DNA from: Podarcis bocagei
Lineage: Eukaryota
Strand: one strand, 5' to 3'
NCBI GenBank assembly: GCA_964188305.1
Contig: OZ076890.1
DNA: 64,000 nucleotides
Shown piece after piece: positions 24,001 through 36,737 of the stretch. The notes beneath the pieces are model-generated. The model made no database searches and was not told the DNA's origin. It saw only the letters and a program-made list of their open reading frames with translations. Numbering within the stretch: the stretch's first letter is position 1; each line of letters begins with the position of its first letter. The translations under genes and the position numbers were made by a program.

Positions 24001-26519
24001 GAAGTAATGCAGTCACTTCAGTGGTCAGTATTCCAAATCAGAAAAATGAAGGGCTGATAGCTTAAGCTAAACAAACTACTTACAGGTGCTTCATTAAAGG
24101 ATGGTAAATTATTAACTGGAGCACATCTTATATCTTGCTCTCTTCAAAATAGTTTCCAAGTCTGATTCATAATTTGCTGAAATTCATGGTGGCCTTGAGA
24201 AGCTCCTTTAATCTGGAAATCTTCATCTTAAATAAATTCTCCACTTCGAGAAGTTTGGCTAGTCAGATGTAGCAGGGAGAAAAAAATTTGTACACACAAA
24301 TAAGACAGTGACGTTGGCCAAGGGTTTTTGTAAAAAAAGGTTGCGTTCATACTTGCCTTGGTAAATTTAAGCATATATAGCATTTCCTTTGTTTATAATA
24401 CATGAAATTGACATGTAATTTAGTTTTACTTGACAAGTTTTTATACTTAAAAACACTAGCCTCAGCAGCTAGAGTCCATGGCTAAAGATTATACAGCATC
24501 AGCACAAGCAAAGCTCAAAGAAGAATAAGTTACAGCTTTTGGTTCCCACCATTTCTTCCCCAACTTGGAAATAAATCATGACAAATACTCCAGACTTTTC
24601 CTTCCTCCTTTAAAGAGTTCTTGTGAAACTTCAAGAGGTTAGCATATTATAGGCCAGGGGTAAAGGATTTGTGTACTTTTTCATTGCTTTGATGGTGGGG
24701 AGGGTATTGAAAACAAGCACACATTAAGATTATTATTTAGAATTGGGCTAAAGCTGACCATGGCATTGGTCACCCAAAGGCTATAAATGAATTAATAAAT
24801 TGAAGGGCTCTGTGTGTGGGGGGGGTGAGTTTAGGTACATAAATGGTTAAAAGTGCCATCTTTCCTTTTCCCTGATTAATGGTTAGTTAAGGGCTAATTG
24901 TGCCATTGGCTTCAATAATAAGGAGCCAAGATAAATCATCTTTTTTAAAGTCTTGAACTTTCACAAGTAATTCAACAACTGCAGCTCTAGAGAAATAACT
25001 TGTTTACATCTCTTATGTTTATAACAAAGCCTTTAAAGAAAATATACGTTACAGATTTTTAACTGCAAACAAAAATTCACATACAAATACAAAACTGCTT
25101 AGATCTTACACACAGATGTCTACATGGTCAAAGCTCTTCTAAATTCTAAAAAGAAAACTTGGATGCATATTTCCCCCACCAGATAATCTTGTTGTGCTGA
25201 AGTGAGAGTGACTAACATACAGTAGGTGATCTATAATATGATCATGATATTCACACTACATATGAAAACTAGTAATTTAGACCCATATACTGCTTCTGAA
25301 GTGCTTTATCTATTTCAGCTACGCCGGTCAATTGTGACTGCTGATATTACCTAACCCCCAGACTACTTACACAACTTAAATCCTGCTGAAAAGTCCTCAA
25401 GTGTTTTAGGTATGTGTCCAGGTAGATTAGGGAAATAAGAACTGACAGGAAACTCTATTGCTAAAAGAAATTAAGTCTCAACAGTGTTCCAGCAATACTA
25501 AATGTAAAACGGCTGGGGATAAAAGTGTAAAGTTATGTTCTACAGATTGCTTTAATGACAAAACTAAAGTGGATTAAAATGCTGTCTGAAAATCCAAGAG
25601 TGTCCCTTACTTAAAAATACAAGATGAAGGTCTTCTAGCATTTAAAGTAAAGCTTTAAACCAAAATATGGATACATATTGGTCTGTGTGTGGCTTTCTTT
25701 TCCTCTTAAGGGATTATGGGAAATATTGAAAACAAAACTAAAGCAGGATAAAAGTACAATCATCATTTTGGTAATGCCTTTTTCTGCTGATATTCTTTAT
25801 CGGTCTCAAATTGACAAAGGAACATTAACAAGCACTGGTCAAGACTCATGATTAAGAAAACAATCAAAATACTGATTTACCTTTTTCCTAATATTTATAC
25901 ACATGTAAGATTGGTGTCTAAGAGTGGAATAGGCCACAGAGAAATTACACAAAGCTTCTAAACAGGACTTTAGAGCTAAACTACCACAGCCAGAAGTCTG
26001 AGTTTATGGATGTTTAAAATACTAAATGACTTTTTGCAGTAGTCTTTTCAGGTTCTATGCTGACCAGAAAGCCAGAGTCTATCAAACTCAATGTATAGCA
26101 AGTTACTCCCCTTCTATAAAAGTAGCCTTAAGGAGACAAGCAATCTATTACAAAGTAGGAGCTGGAATTCTTGAGCGCAGCAGCATTTAATTTAAATGGA
26201 TTAAAGAGACAGTAACCTTTCCTCTGTCTTCATATAAGAATAGTTGTAAAAGAAAATTCTTAAAAAGGTACCACTTCCAATGTCTTTATTTTCCATAACC
26301 TTGTGAAATTAATTGCACGAAGCTACAAAATTAGCAAATGCTTTGAAATCTGTATACAAAACATAAATTACCTCTACTTTTAAACTCAGTTTTTTGTGCA
26401 CCACTTAGAAACTTTTAAAAGTGGCACCCAAAATAGCCATACACCACTCTAAAAAAGGAAACTGTTCCTTTAATATCATACCCTCCCATTTCTCCCAACT
26501 CTCAGATCTCAATACACAG

Positions 26520-29500
26520 CTAGTCATCATGTTCACGGACATTTCCAAGGTGAGATTTCATGTTCCGTTCCCATAACTTCTGGTTGTCAGAAAACCCATG
26601 CTTTCCTTTGTTGAAAGAATTTGGTCCTGCTGAAGTTGGAGTATCCCTGTGATAACAGAAAAAAAAGCATGTAGCCAACTTTATCAGTTTCATATTAATA
26701 GTTTAGAAGTCCAGGTGCACATGCTAACCTGCTAACATGCAGTAGGTACCTTCTTAAGTTTGCTGTTCAGAAAAATTTAACACCGTCATCTCTTTCATTG
26801 TGAGGCAATGAAAGATGCCTCTCTAGAACTACTCTCACACAATGGAAAAAATATAGTGCAGAAATGTCTTCTATGCAGCTACAAAGCAGCAGTTAGTGAC
26901 AATGCCCACAATACTGAACCTGGGAATACTATGCAGTGCGCATACGCACACACACTTTGAATATGTTGAATATTAAAACCCCAATATATTAATATTGCTT
27001 GTCTGCCTAGAGCTAGATGGACCATGACCTTAGAGTCAGTTTATAATAAAAGATGTATCTGCATAATGAACAGTCACAGACTGTTCAGTGTGCTAAGATA
27101 CTTTTTCCAGATTAGCTTCTATAAACTCTCAGGTTTTGGGTCATTATGATTCAGGGATATTACATAACTTTCAAAAATATTGTACTGAAAGACATAACCT
27201 GAGCAGGGTGAAAAGTGGGTATGAGACAGAAGAGACAAGACAGGATGGGATGAGAAGATCTCGTATAGTTTTGGCCATAACAAGAAAAACTGTGAAAGGT
27301 TTTGAAATGATGTTGTTGCAGAAAGCAAAACTACAAAAGCTACTATGTAGAACATCTTTCTGTCACCCCACATTTTCCTAAAATAACAAGTAAGTGCAAC
27401 TCTACCTTCCAATGTTCTTCATGCGCATTTTAGCTTCTGGTGGCATCTCTTCAGGTTCACTCTATTTTCAAAGAAAAGATGAACATAAGAAAATAGTTAC
27501 AAATTCTAATCAGTAGGGGTAAAATTGTGGCATATGAAATAACGAGCACATTACAAGCCTCTTCTAAATTCATGTTTACACTTAATAACTTTATATTTAT
27601 ATTCAGAACAAAGCAGGCAGTTGCAGCTCTATATCTAGAGGGATCAGATCTGAGCCAGGGAGAAGTATGCACATTTTTCTGACACATGCTCCCTTCCATG
27701 AACCTTTTTTTATTCTCAAATTAAAATTCAAGGTTCTATCACCAATACTGCCAAAGACAAAAACCAAAACAGATCCAAGTTCCCCACCCAAAGAGCACAT
27801 AGCATTTACATTTCTCTCATCTGCCTACTGCCAGTTCTATTAAGAAGCAAAGATAACAGACTCAAATTCAAGTCAAAGGGACGATTGGTTTCACACACCA
27901 GGGGGCAGTAGTAATGTGTTTTAGAAACACAGGAATAAAAAAACCACTCCAAGTCTGAAAAAAGCGAAGGCTGGAAAAATACTTTAGATTTGTACCGTCT
28001 ATCAGCCTTGTGCAGAAACGGGGAAAATGTCAAACTGTCAAATTTTAAAGACAGGCAACAAAGAGTGATACCCAACTATGGTGCCTGCTGGCACAGCTGG
28101 CTTCTGCTCTCACAAATGGGCTTGCCCCTTCTCTTCTCTGCAAGGCCCCTGCTGTGTACCATAATGTGTCCCCTCCAGAGAAACAGGAGGTGGGGCAGGG
28201 CTTCAAGAAGAAGGGGAAATCACTGACACAATATTGGACCTCATGCCAAAGTGTTTAAATTATTTGAAATTCAAATTTCAAAGGGCATTTACAGATTTCA
28301 GATTTAGCAGAATCCCATGTGTTTGTTGTATTGGACTAGTAGTATATGATACTTTCTCTTTCCTGTACCCATACTTGTCCTGGTCAGAGAACACCATACT
28401 TCTCTATTCTAAGAAAATATATTTACTTACATCTTCATCTTCATTGAAGATTGCTGCTACAGAAAGCGTTTTTGGAGCTAGGGTTGGAGTAGGCTCTTTA
28501 GGTTTCTGAAAGAGAACAAAGACAGCACTTGTTTTTTGTCCTGTGTTGTGAGGGTTTTTTGTTTTGTTATACGTATTTGTGGTTCTTGTGGTATTTCCCA
28601 AATCTACCTGGAAATCCCCATTAGCCACTGAAAGGTGGAATAGTTTAGAAAACAACAATAAGCCCCTTAAGTTCTTTAGATGCTTGTCAATGGATATTTG
28701 TACCTTTAACCAAGGTTCATGCATTATATTTATTGATATAAGAATATATTAGTGTAGCTATCTTTTACCAGAGTAACTAACCAATACCACCAGTATTTTG
28801 CTATGTACTCAGTACTGCATAACACCTAAGTCAGAACAAAAATCACCAACTTCAAAAGAATTTTTTCAAGCAAACACCACACCCACCAATAGCTTCCAGA
28901 ATTTTATTCCCTTGCAGCAGTGTATTATTATAAATGTTTATGGATCAATTAATATTGAAATAAATAGCTTTATTATTTTTTATGCTTAACTAGCATCCTA
29001 CCCCAAAAAACACCTTTATACAACTTTATAATTCACAAGAAATTGTGAATAGGTGTATGTCAATCTGAACTTTTTCTACAATTTATTACTGTTGATCATG
29101 GCATGCGTAAGAAGGTTAGCATAACCTCATCTCAAATGTGTCCTGGAAAGCATTAGGAGACATACAGCGCTCCTAATTCCTCGTGTAAAGATCATCATAT
29201 GTAAATCTAATGAAAATATTATTAAGCAAATAAGCAAAATAGGAAATAGACAGGAAACTAGGATAAATTCATTAGCACATTAGAATGATTGGAATTATAG
29301 GAAATGCTTATCTCAAAGCCCACCTTCCTCCTCCATTAGAATTCACTGCCTAAAATTAATACAAAACCCCTAGATTTCCAATTGTTAGTTAGCTTTTGAA
29401 GCCCCAACCAAGAACTTACTCAGCGTTCTTAAAGAGCCAACACATGCTCCAATTGTGTATACCTGGACAGGCATAATCTACCCTGCTTCCATTTCTTGAC

Positions 29501-32500
29501 TTGCTAGTAGTGTGGGTTCTGTGGCGAAATTGCCACACTCAGTTTCTGTAGATTTTTGAGACTAGTTAGGGATTCTTTCACTCCTTAGATTAAAGTGTGT
29601 CGGTATTGTAGGATTTGCTGCCTGTATATCTATTCTGTCACCTTCATTTCATATAATAAACAAAGCTTTCTTTAATCCTTTTGTGTAAGAACTTCCTTCG
29701 GGCAGAAGATTAAGTGTAGACACATAGTCATAACAGATGTACACCATAACTCTAGCAAAAGATCCTAAAACACTTGGCAGTGTGTGTATGAATACATGTG
29801 CATGCTGGACATGCATGTGGGTTCAGATACATAGTTTGTAACAGTTACAATATTTTAAATGTTTATTGATCAATGAATAATGAAATAAAAAGCTTTAATT
29901 TGTTTTTTTACTTCTTAACTAGCATGCTACCACAAAAAAGACACTGCAACTTTATAATTCACAATAAAACATTCCAATAACTTACATTTGCTCCAAGCTT
30001 GATGGATATTGCAGGTGGTTTCTTTGCAACCTGTGTGCCAATGGCAAACCCAAACTTGGACATTTTGGCAGGAGCAGGCTTTGTGTCGGGGTCGTCAGTT
30101 TCTTCATCAGTTGCCGGCTTCTCCACNNNNNNNNNNNNNNNNNNNNNNNNNNNNNNNNNNNNNNNNNNNNNNNNNNNNNNNNNNNNNNNNNNNNNNNNNN
30201 NNNNNNNNNNNNNNNNNNNNNNNNNNNNNNNNNNNNNNNNNNNNNNNNNNNNNNNNNNNATGGGAGCAGCAACCTCATAAAGCACTGTTATGCAGAGGAG
30301 ACTTTTGCACTTACAGTGTCAGCACCTCCACAACTGTTTATACAGAGCACACTGTAAGAACATAGACATATAGTGAAGGGAGCTCCAATCACGTGACTAA
30401 TGCAGAACAAAATTCTTCAGTTACACAAAAATAAATCAAAATAAGTCTTTAAAGCCACAGGGCACCACTATTACTACTGCCAAGGGCAATTCAGATCAAG
30501 GTACAGCAAGTTATTAAAGCACACGTCTTTATTGAATAATTTTAGAGGTCTTGCTTTGAACAGCCCCCATTTATCTTAGATTATAGTTGTAACATTGATA
30601 TTTAAAGCACAAATGCTTACATCACAATAAAGTTCTTAAGGTGGAATCTAATTGGTGTATTTGCACTCATGGAACAGCTTTTGATCTAGCAGATCACAGG
30701 TGCCTCTGCTAAGGAACAACCGTGTCCATTGTTTCTCCCTACAACAGTGCCCAGAAAAACTGGACACAGAGAACTGGGAGTCCTGCTGAATAGCAAGGAA
30801 GGTGGTACAGGAAGAAATCAGCAAGAAATGCCTCCCCTCTAATTTGCAGAGGCATCTGCTGGAACAAAAGCCCTTCTGCAAGTGCAAAGGCACTAATTGA
30901 ATTCCATCCTTTGACTTTAAGAAGTTCAGTGAAAAAAGCTTGACATCTTTTAAGAATATAGCACTTGTATTTATATAGCACTTTGTGGGTTCAAAGAAGG
31001 AAATCAGGATTAAAAATATGTGACCACCATAAAAAGTCTAAAATGACACATGGCTTAAGTTTTGATGCTGAGGGCAGGGAAAAAGAAGAGGAAATGGCTG
31101 CAGTCCTTGACAAATTCACAACCAGTGTGCAACTGTACTCAAATTACAGGGATCGTTACTCAAATTAGAGTTGTTTTAACCAGCAAAAAAAAGGAAGTCT
31201 GTCCATCTCTTATTATTCTATTCAATTCATTCATTATACTTAGTTAATCCCAAAATGTTACCTAGCCTAGTCTACAGTGGGAATTGTATAATACTGCAGG
31301 TGGGTAGCACCAATATTGCATCTCTTCATGTGCACTGGCTAACTTTATACAGATTAACAGGGCACCTTCCTACATTCTTAGAAAAGGATTAGACAAATTC
31401 ATGGAAGGTTATGAATGCTACTAGCCACAACGGCTATGTTCTTCCACAACACTTGGAAGCAACATGCCTCTGAATATCAGTTACTGGGAATTGCAGGTGG
31501 TCAGAGCACTGTTGCATTCAGGTCCTGCTTACAGTCTTCTCATAAGCATCTGGATAGTCATTGAGAGACTAGGATACTGGACTAGATGGGCCTTTGGACT
31601 GATCCAGCAGGGCTCTTTTATATTCTTAAGACATTAAAAGTTATAACGATACATAGAGAAGATGGTTTTTAACACCTGCTTAACACTGTTTTGTCTCCCC
31701 AGGCATTTTTCAGAACATTGATATCAACTGTATGCAAACATGCCTCTGTTCATTGCGCAATTTTACTGGATTCATTTTTATTTTATGGTACACTCCTCTG
31801 ACTTTTTTAAAAAAATATGAAAGTCAATAAACATCCTTAAAAATACGGAAAACTGTAATGCCAAATTGAGAATATGGGCATATGGTTGAAAACGTTTAGT
31901 TAGAAACGTAACTTTTAGTCCTAAAAATTGACACGGCGAAGTTTCAGAAGAAAGGAACTACTGTAGCATTATTGCTGTAAAGGAATAGTGTGTGTTTGTA
32001 GTCAAACCCTGCCCATGTCCAGCTACACGAAAGCCCCTGAGAGTCCAGTGTGGCGTCTATAGAGGACTGCAGCCTTGGGCCAATGTTGCGCTAAATTTTG
32101 AAGGGACTGGCATTATTTACACGGGCGCCCATCCGCTTTACGAAACAGCTGCACTTCAGCAGCGCAATGTTTCAGGCCAAGCGGCTCTTTGAAATCGTTG
32201 CCCTGCCACAGGGCGTGATATACAGTACTGTATATTAGGCACTACGACGTCTTCCACGAGGGGTTCGCACTCCCGCCCAGCCACAGGGACGGGGAAGAAG
32301 CGGAATTATGAAGGATACAGAAAGCCGAGGCACCGGGAAATGCAGCATTCAGGCAGCCCGGGGGGGGGGGGGAGGGGATTTTGGTGAGTCTGCAGAACGA
32401 CCTTCACCCACGGAAGCCACGGGGCGTCAGAAGCCGCGCGAAAGACGAGGCTGCGACTTGGCTCCCGTCAGAGGCAGCGAACTCGCCTCCGGTAAGCAGC

Positions 32501-32709
32501 CAAATCTCTTCTTGAGGGAAGAAGGTGGTACCTGGAGCCGCCGCTCCCCCCTCCGAAACCAGCCCTCGACCCTCTCCCGCCCAAACCCAGCCACAAGCGG
32601 CCCCCCCACACACATTCCCGACCAGAGCCTCGCATAGCAACGCAGCGTGTTTACCTCCGTCAAGAAGCGGCCGCTTCAGCTTCACGTCGCCTCCTTTGCC
32701 GTCCGCCAT
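26520..32709 (-). CDS. PCNP: PEST proteolytic signal-containing nuclear protein (5 coding exons; 5' part of exon 2 in assembly gap)
   Basis: Exons 32709-32655 ([18 protein letters not shown]), gap/30126-29986 (..[19 protein letters not shown]), 28505-28431 ([25 protein letters not shown]), 27461-27406 ([18 protein letters not shown]), 26646-26520 ([31 protein letters not shown]). GT-AG junctions. Confidence 0.96.
28925..29040. repeat. Dispersed duplicate of 29850-29965 in PCNP intron 2
   Basis: Shared blocks taaatgtttat.gatcaat.aata.tgaaataaa.agcttta, cttaactagcat.ctacc, caactttataattcacaa. Confidence 0.8.
30127..30259. other. Assembly gap (N run) covering the acceptor and 5' part of PCNP exon 2
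   Basis: 133 N. The PCNP frame runs into the gap and no PCNP coding sequence appears on the far side. Confidence 0.95.
31340..31630 (+). mobile_element. CR1 LINE 3' fragment
   Basis: aaaaggattagacaaattcatgga ... ggactagatgggcctttggactgatccagcagggctctt, the squamate CR1 3' end pattern. Confidence 0.7.
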
Positions 32710-33030
32710 TTTGCCCCACCTCCTCCTCCCCGCGGCTGCGTCCACGGACTATGCGCAGCGGCGCCGCTCAAGCCCGCCCACGCCTCGCGCCGTCAGCGGG
32801 AGCAGAGAAGCGGCGGCTAGAGAGGCTCCTGCGTTCTCTCGGCTCGCTCCGCTTCCGGGCGGAAGTGGTCGCAACTTCCGGCTTGGAGCGGCCGCTTCTT
32901 TTCTAGCAGTCGACGCAAGGGGATTGGTGTTCCTAGAACGCCTGTTGATTGGTCGTGACGTTGTCCCTCGCGCTTCGCTCCCCCCCCCCGCACCCAGCCA
33001 CCCTCGATCGTTCAGGTCTGTCATTTTCGG
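32200..33030 (-). promoter_or_regulatory. CpG-island promoter of PCNP
   Basis: CpG-rich. YY1 AAAATGGCGG overlaps the ATG. ETS cluster cttccgggcggaagtg...acttccgg (32852-32882). Two CCAAT boxes (gattggt ~32922, ~32947). Confidence 0.85.
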
Positions 33031-33165
33031 AGAATCGTCGTAGGAAAGGGAGCACAAGGGTCGTCTACTCCAACCCCCTGCAATGCAGGAATCTTTTTTT
33101 GCCCGCTGCGGGGCTCAAGCCCTGAGGTTAAAGAGTCTCATGCTCTACCGACTGAGCTGAAATAG
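33030..33165 (-). mobile_element. tRNA-Lys-derived SINE with CR1-like tail
   Basis: Reverse complement reads tcagctcagtcggtagagcatgagactctttaacctcaggg...ttcctgcattgcagggggttggagtagacgaccc. Same family as 14665-14780. Confidence 0.75.
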
Positions 33166-33425
33166 GGCGAGGAAGTCTCCTTGACTTAAGAACTCGAGGC
33201 CATCCAATGAAATTGCCAGCGCATTCCGAAGGGATAAAAGTCCCCGCCTGCGCGCTAGTAATACGTGGGAAGGAGCTGCCAAAATATGGTTATGTCCGTC
33301 AGCTGAAGGGGACTTTAAAGGGGGCTCTCCACAGCTGAGAGGGTGGGGTGGGGTCAGAATAAAAACCCCGGGAGGGCTGCTTGCCTTTATGCTGGCATCC
33401 TATCTCAAGTTGCTGGACTAAGTGG

Positions 33426-33515
33426 CATAGCTGTCAACGTTCCCCTTTTTTTAAGGGAAATTCCCTTATTCCGAATAGGATTCCTCGCAAGAAAAGGGAA
33501 AAGTTGACAGCTATG
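33426..33515. mobile_element. 90-bp hAT-superfamily MITE
   Basis: Perfect 13-bp TIR CATAGCTGTCAAC/GTTGACAGCTATG with an exact 8-bp TSD CTAAGTGG (33418-33425 and 33516-33523). Confidence 0.9.
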
Positions 33516-33667
33516 CTAAGTGGACCTTAGGAGGCCTGGGTGTGGTGTCGGGTTATGGTCTAGAGAAATGCATGTTCTTGTTACAAAAAAGAGGTAGAAT
33601 TTCTAGACACTTGTTTTCAAAACCAGATTTTCATGGGTGGGGGGGGGGACCTGGCTACACACTAAGG

Positions 33668-34007
33668 GTAAAGGTAAAGGCCATTAGGTCCAGTCGTGAC
33701 CGACTCTGGGGTTGCAGCGCTCATCTCGCTTTATTGGCCGAGGGAGCCGGCGTACAGCTTCCGGGTCATGTGACCAGCATGATTAAGCCGCTTCTGGCGA
33801 ACCAGAGCAGCGCACGGAAACGTTCACCTTCCTGCTGGAGCGGTACCTATTTATCTATTTGCACTTTGACGTGCTTTCAAACTGCAAGGTTGGCAGGAGC
33901 AGGGACCAAACAACAGGAGCTCACCCCGTCGCAGGGATTTGACCCGCTGAACTTCTGATCGGCAAGTCCTAGGCTCTGTGATTTAACCCACAGCGCTACC
34001 TGCGCCC
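33668..34007 (-). mobile_element. Full-length Sauria SINE
   Basis: Minus-strand 5' end gggcgcaggtagcgctgtgggttaaatcacag, 3' (CCTTTA)n-type tail, exact 13-bp TSD CTACACACTAAGG (33655-33667, 34008-34020). Confidence 0.88.
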
Positions 34008-35237
34008 CTACACACTAAGGATAGAGTTGCTCAAATTCAGTGATCTTGGTTTGGCACTTGTTGCAACTCCAGTTGAAGTACCCAAGGATGTTTTGTGGAA
34101 TCAGTTTCACCTTATGCAATCATATGTGGAACAGGTGCTAGTGGCAATGCGTCCAACCATGTGCCCCTCAATCCCTGTCCTTCCTAACTTACTAAGTCTA
34201 GCAGTGGGAGAGGAGAGGAAGGGGTGGGCAAGGATCAGTAATGAGTCAAGCTGGTGAAGAAGCCAGGGCGTCTCCTACTCCTTCTGCGATCAGCTCCCCT
34301 CCCAGAACCAGAAAAGGTATGAAGAGGGCGGAGCCAAGACAGCCACAGCAAGAAGTCTCAGATTGCTTGGGAAGGACCCAGGAGAGATTTAGACAGCTGT
34401 AGAAAGGCAGGGACTTTCAGTCCCCACAGCTGTCTCATAGGGGCAAGATATAGTGGGAGGAGTTGCTGTGCTCACTAGGCCTGGCCTCCTGAGTCAACTG
34501 TTTCCTTGAATAAAGAGTTAACTTCACTTATCCTCCTACACCAAAGATTCCCAAGTAAGCTTAGCAGTCATGGGATAATGGGCCATGTGTTCTTCTGGTT
34601 CAGTAATTGTTTAAGGAGCAGCAAGTAGAAACAAATGGACAGTTTTCACAGAGGGTTATAACAAATGGGCCCCCTCAAGCATCTATGTGTGACTGATGCT
34701 TTTTAACTGGTTCATAATGATATGGAATTCAGGGTGAGAAGTGAAGTAGTCACATCTCCTGATGACATCAAATGGTTCAGGATGATAAAAGCAAAAATGG
34801 GATTTTGAGTTCCAAAAATGATCTCTCCAAACTGGGTGAATGGGTATCAAGAAAAACAATTCAATGTATGCAAGTCTAAAGAGATGCACATTAGGACAAA
34901 AAAATCATTGACATATATGCTAATAAGAGTGAATTGGTAAGAAAAGGTTTGGGGACAGCATAATGAAAATGTTGATTCATGCACAGCAGCTGTGAAAAAA
35001 GTGAATTCTGTATTAGGAGTCATTAGGAAAGAAACTGAAAAGATGTATAAATTATGCAAGTTGTAGAAAGGTTTTGTCCCTGTCAAAATACCTGGAGTAA
35101 TCTGATGAAACTGAATATGGGAAGATTCAGCAAAACAAAAGGAAGTACTTCTTCATACAGCACATAAACTGGAATTTGCTGTCAGACAATGTATTGATGG
35201 CCACCAATTTGGATGGAGTTGATGGAGAATAAGGCCA

Positions 35238-35447
35238 CAGTGATACCTCGGGTTAAGAACTTAATTCGTTCTGGAGGTCCGTTCTTAACCTGAAACTGTT
35301 CTTAACCTGAGGTACTTTAGCTAATGGGGCCTCCTGCTGCCGCCGTGCAATTTCTGTTCTCATCCTGAAGCAAAGTTCTTAACCCAAGGTACTATTTCTG
35401 GGTTGGCAGTCTGTAACCTGAAGTGTCTGTAACCTGAGGTACCACTG
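35238..35447. mobile_element. Tigger-like MITE family A
   Basis: CAGTGATACCTCGGG...GAGGTACCACTG-TA. Confidence 0.85.
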
Positions 35448-35571
35448 TATTAATGGTGGCTAGTCAGGATGGATGTATACTACCTCTGTATGCCTCTGAA
35501 CACCAGATGCTAGGGAACATGAATGGGGAGAGCTGCATTCATATTCTGCTTTTGGGCTTCATAGACATGTA

Positions 35572-35797
35572 CAGTGGTACCTTGGGTTAAGTACTTAATT
35601 TGTTCCGGAGGTCTGTTCTTAACCTGAAACTGTTCTTAACCTGAAGCACCACTTTAGCAAATGGGGCCTCCTGCTGCCACCGCGCCGACGGAGCCCGATT
35701 TCTTTTCTCATCCTGAAGCAAAGTTCTTAACCTGAAGCACTATTTCTGGGTTAGCGGAGTCTGTAACCTGAAGCGTTTGTAACGTGAGGTACCACTG
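35572..35797. mobile_element. Tigger-like MITE family A
   Basis: TA-CAGTGGTACC...GAGGTACCACTG-TA. Confidence 0.87.
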
Positions 35798-36737
35798 TAC
35801 TTGACTATTGATGGGTCATGAATCTGATCCTGCAAGATCTTCTTATGTTCTTAGAATTGTTTTTTCTATTGTATCTTTTGCTGTAATTATCAGTTGTTCA
35901 ATGCTTGGGTGGCCCTTGGGCCAAAAAGCACCACATAAGCAACAATAATGATAATGGATCCAATTTGTTAACATTAAATGTCTATCTTTTTCCTTGTAAA
36001 AAAGGCCACATAACTAATATAAATCAAGTAAATTTCCATTTATTTTTCAATGCTAGCACAGCTAAGCTCGTATTTACATACATCTACGTAATACCTGAAT
36101 ACAATAGTCATATTTGCAATTTACCAGAAAATGTAGGTTCCTTCTTGTCCAACAACTTTATAAAGCAGATAAAATTCATTGTGCTGCCCTAGCATTCGGA
36201 AATTGTTCTTAGTACAGCAACAGTGGCATGCTGCTGAACTCTCAGTTGCTTCAGGTCTGAGCTAGCCAGTGGGGGCTGAAGAAATCTATTCTGCTTTACC
36301 AAGTATGGGCTACTGACACACTGGACATAAGCATCTGTGGATCTTTTGGAGCCAAGGGTGCTTGTGAATGATATAAACTTTCATGACCTCATCTTATAGT
36401 TACGTATTGTGAGGGAAGTTCATTTGGGATCCACAGCTTGAAAGCCAATTCCCTTACTAGAATAGGGTAGTGAAGGAGTGAAGGTTACAACATGCACTGT
36501 CAAATTTTGATATTATTGGGCTCTTGAATAACTTCTGGAACTTATCACTGAATATTGAATAACAGGCAATAAATATGTCACATTCATTTTTGTAGAAAAG
36601 CATGTTCTTGTGTCACTTTGGCTGACACCCATGCAACTCAAGAGCTAGAGAAAAGTTTAAGCAGTTAAAATCTTAAGGTTAAATCTTGATTTAATTCAAA
36701 CTTACAATCAGTCAAACACTGGGTGGCTAACATGCAA

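Larger units (their letters stand above)
34600..35855 (+). mobile_element. Decayed CR1 LINE (RT remnant to 3' UTR) interrupted by two MITEs
   Basis: aaatggacagttttcacag, gatgacatcaaat, aaaaggaagtacttcttcatacag, gatggccaccaatttggatgg, and 3' tcttcttatgttctta. Many stops and deletions. Confidence 0.65.

Noticed and set aside
21100-26500. Extra gene or snoRNA between ZBTB11 and PCNP
   Set aside because: No spliceable coding chain or convincing C/D or H/ACA structure. Most consistent with PCNP 3' UTR (minus-strand AATAAA at 26290, 23144, 22284) and intergenic DNA.
32308-33057. ORFs of 78-172 aa at the PCNP promoter
   Set aside because: CpG-island artefacts. Only 32709-32655 matches PCNP.
33542-33958. 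138-aa ORF
   Set aside because: Reads through the Sauria SINE.
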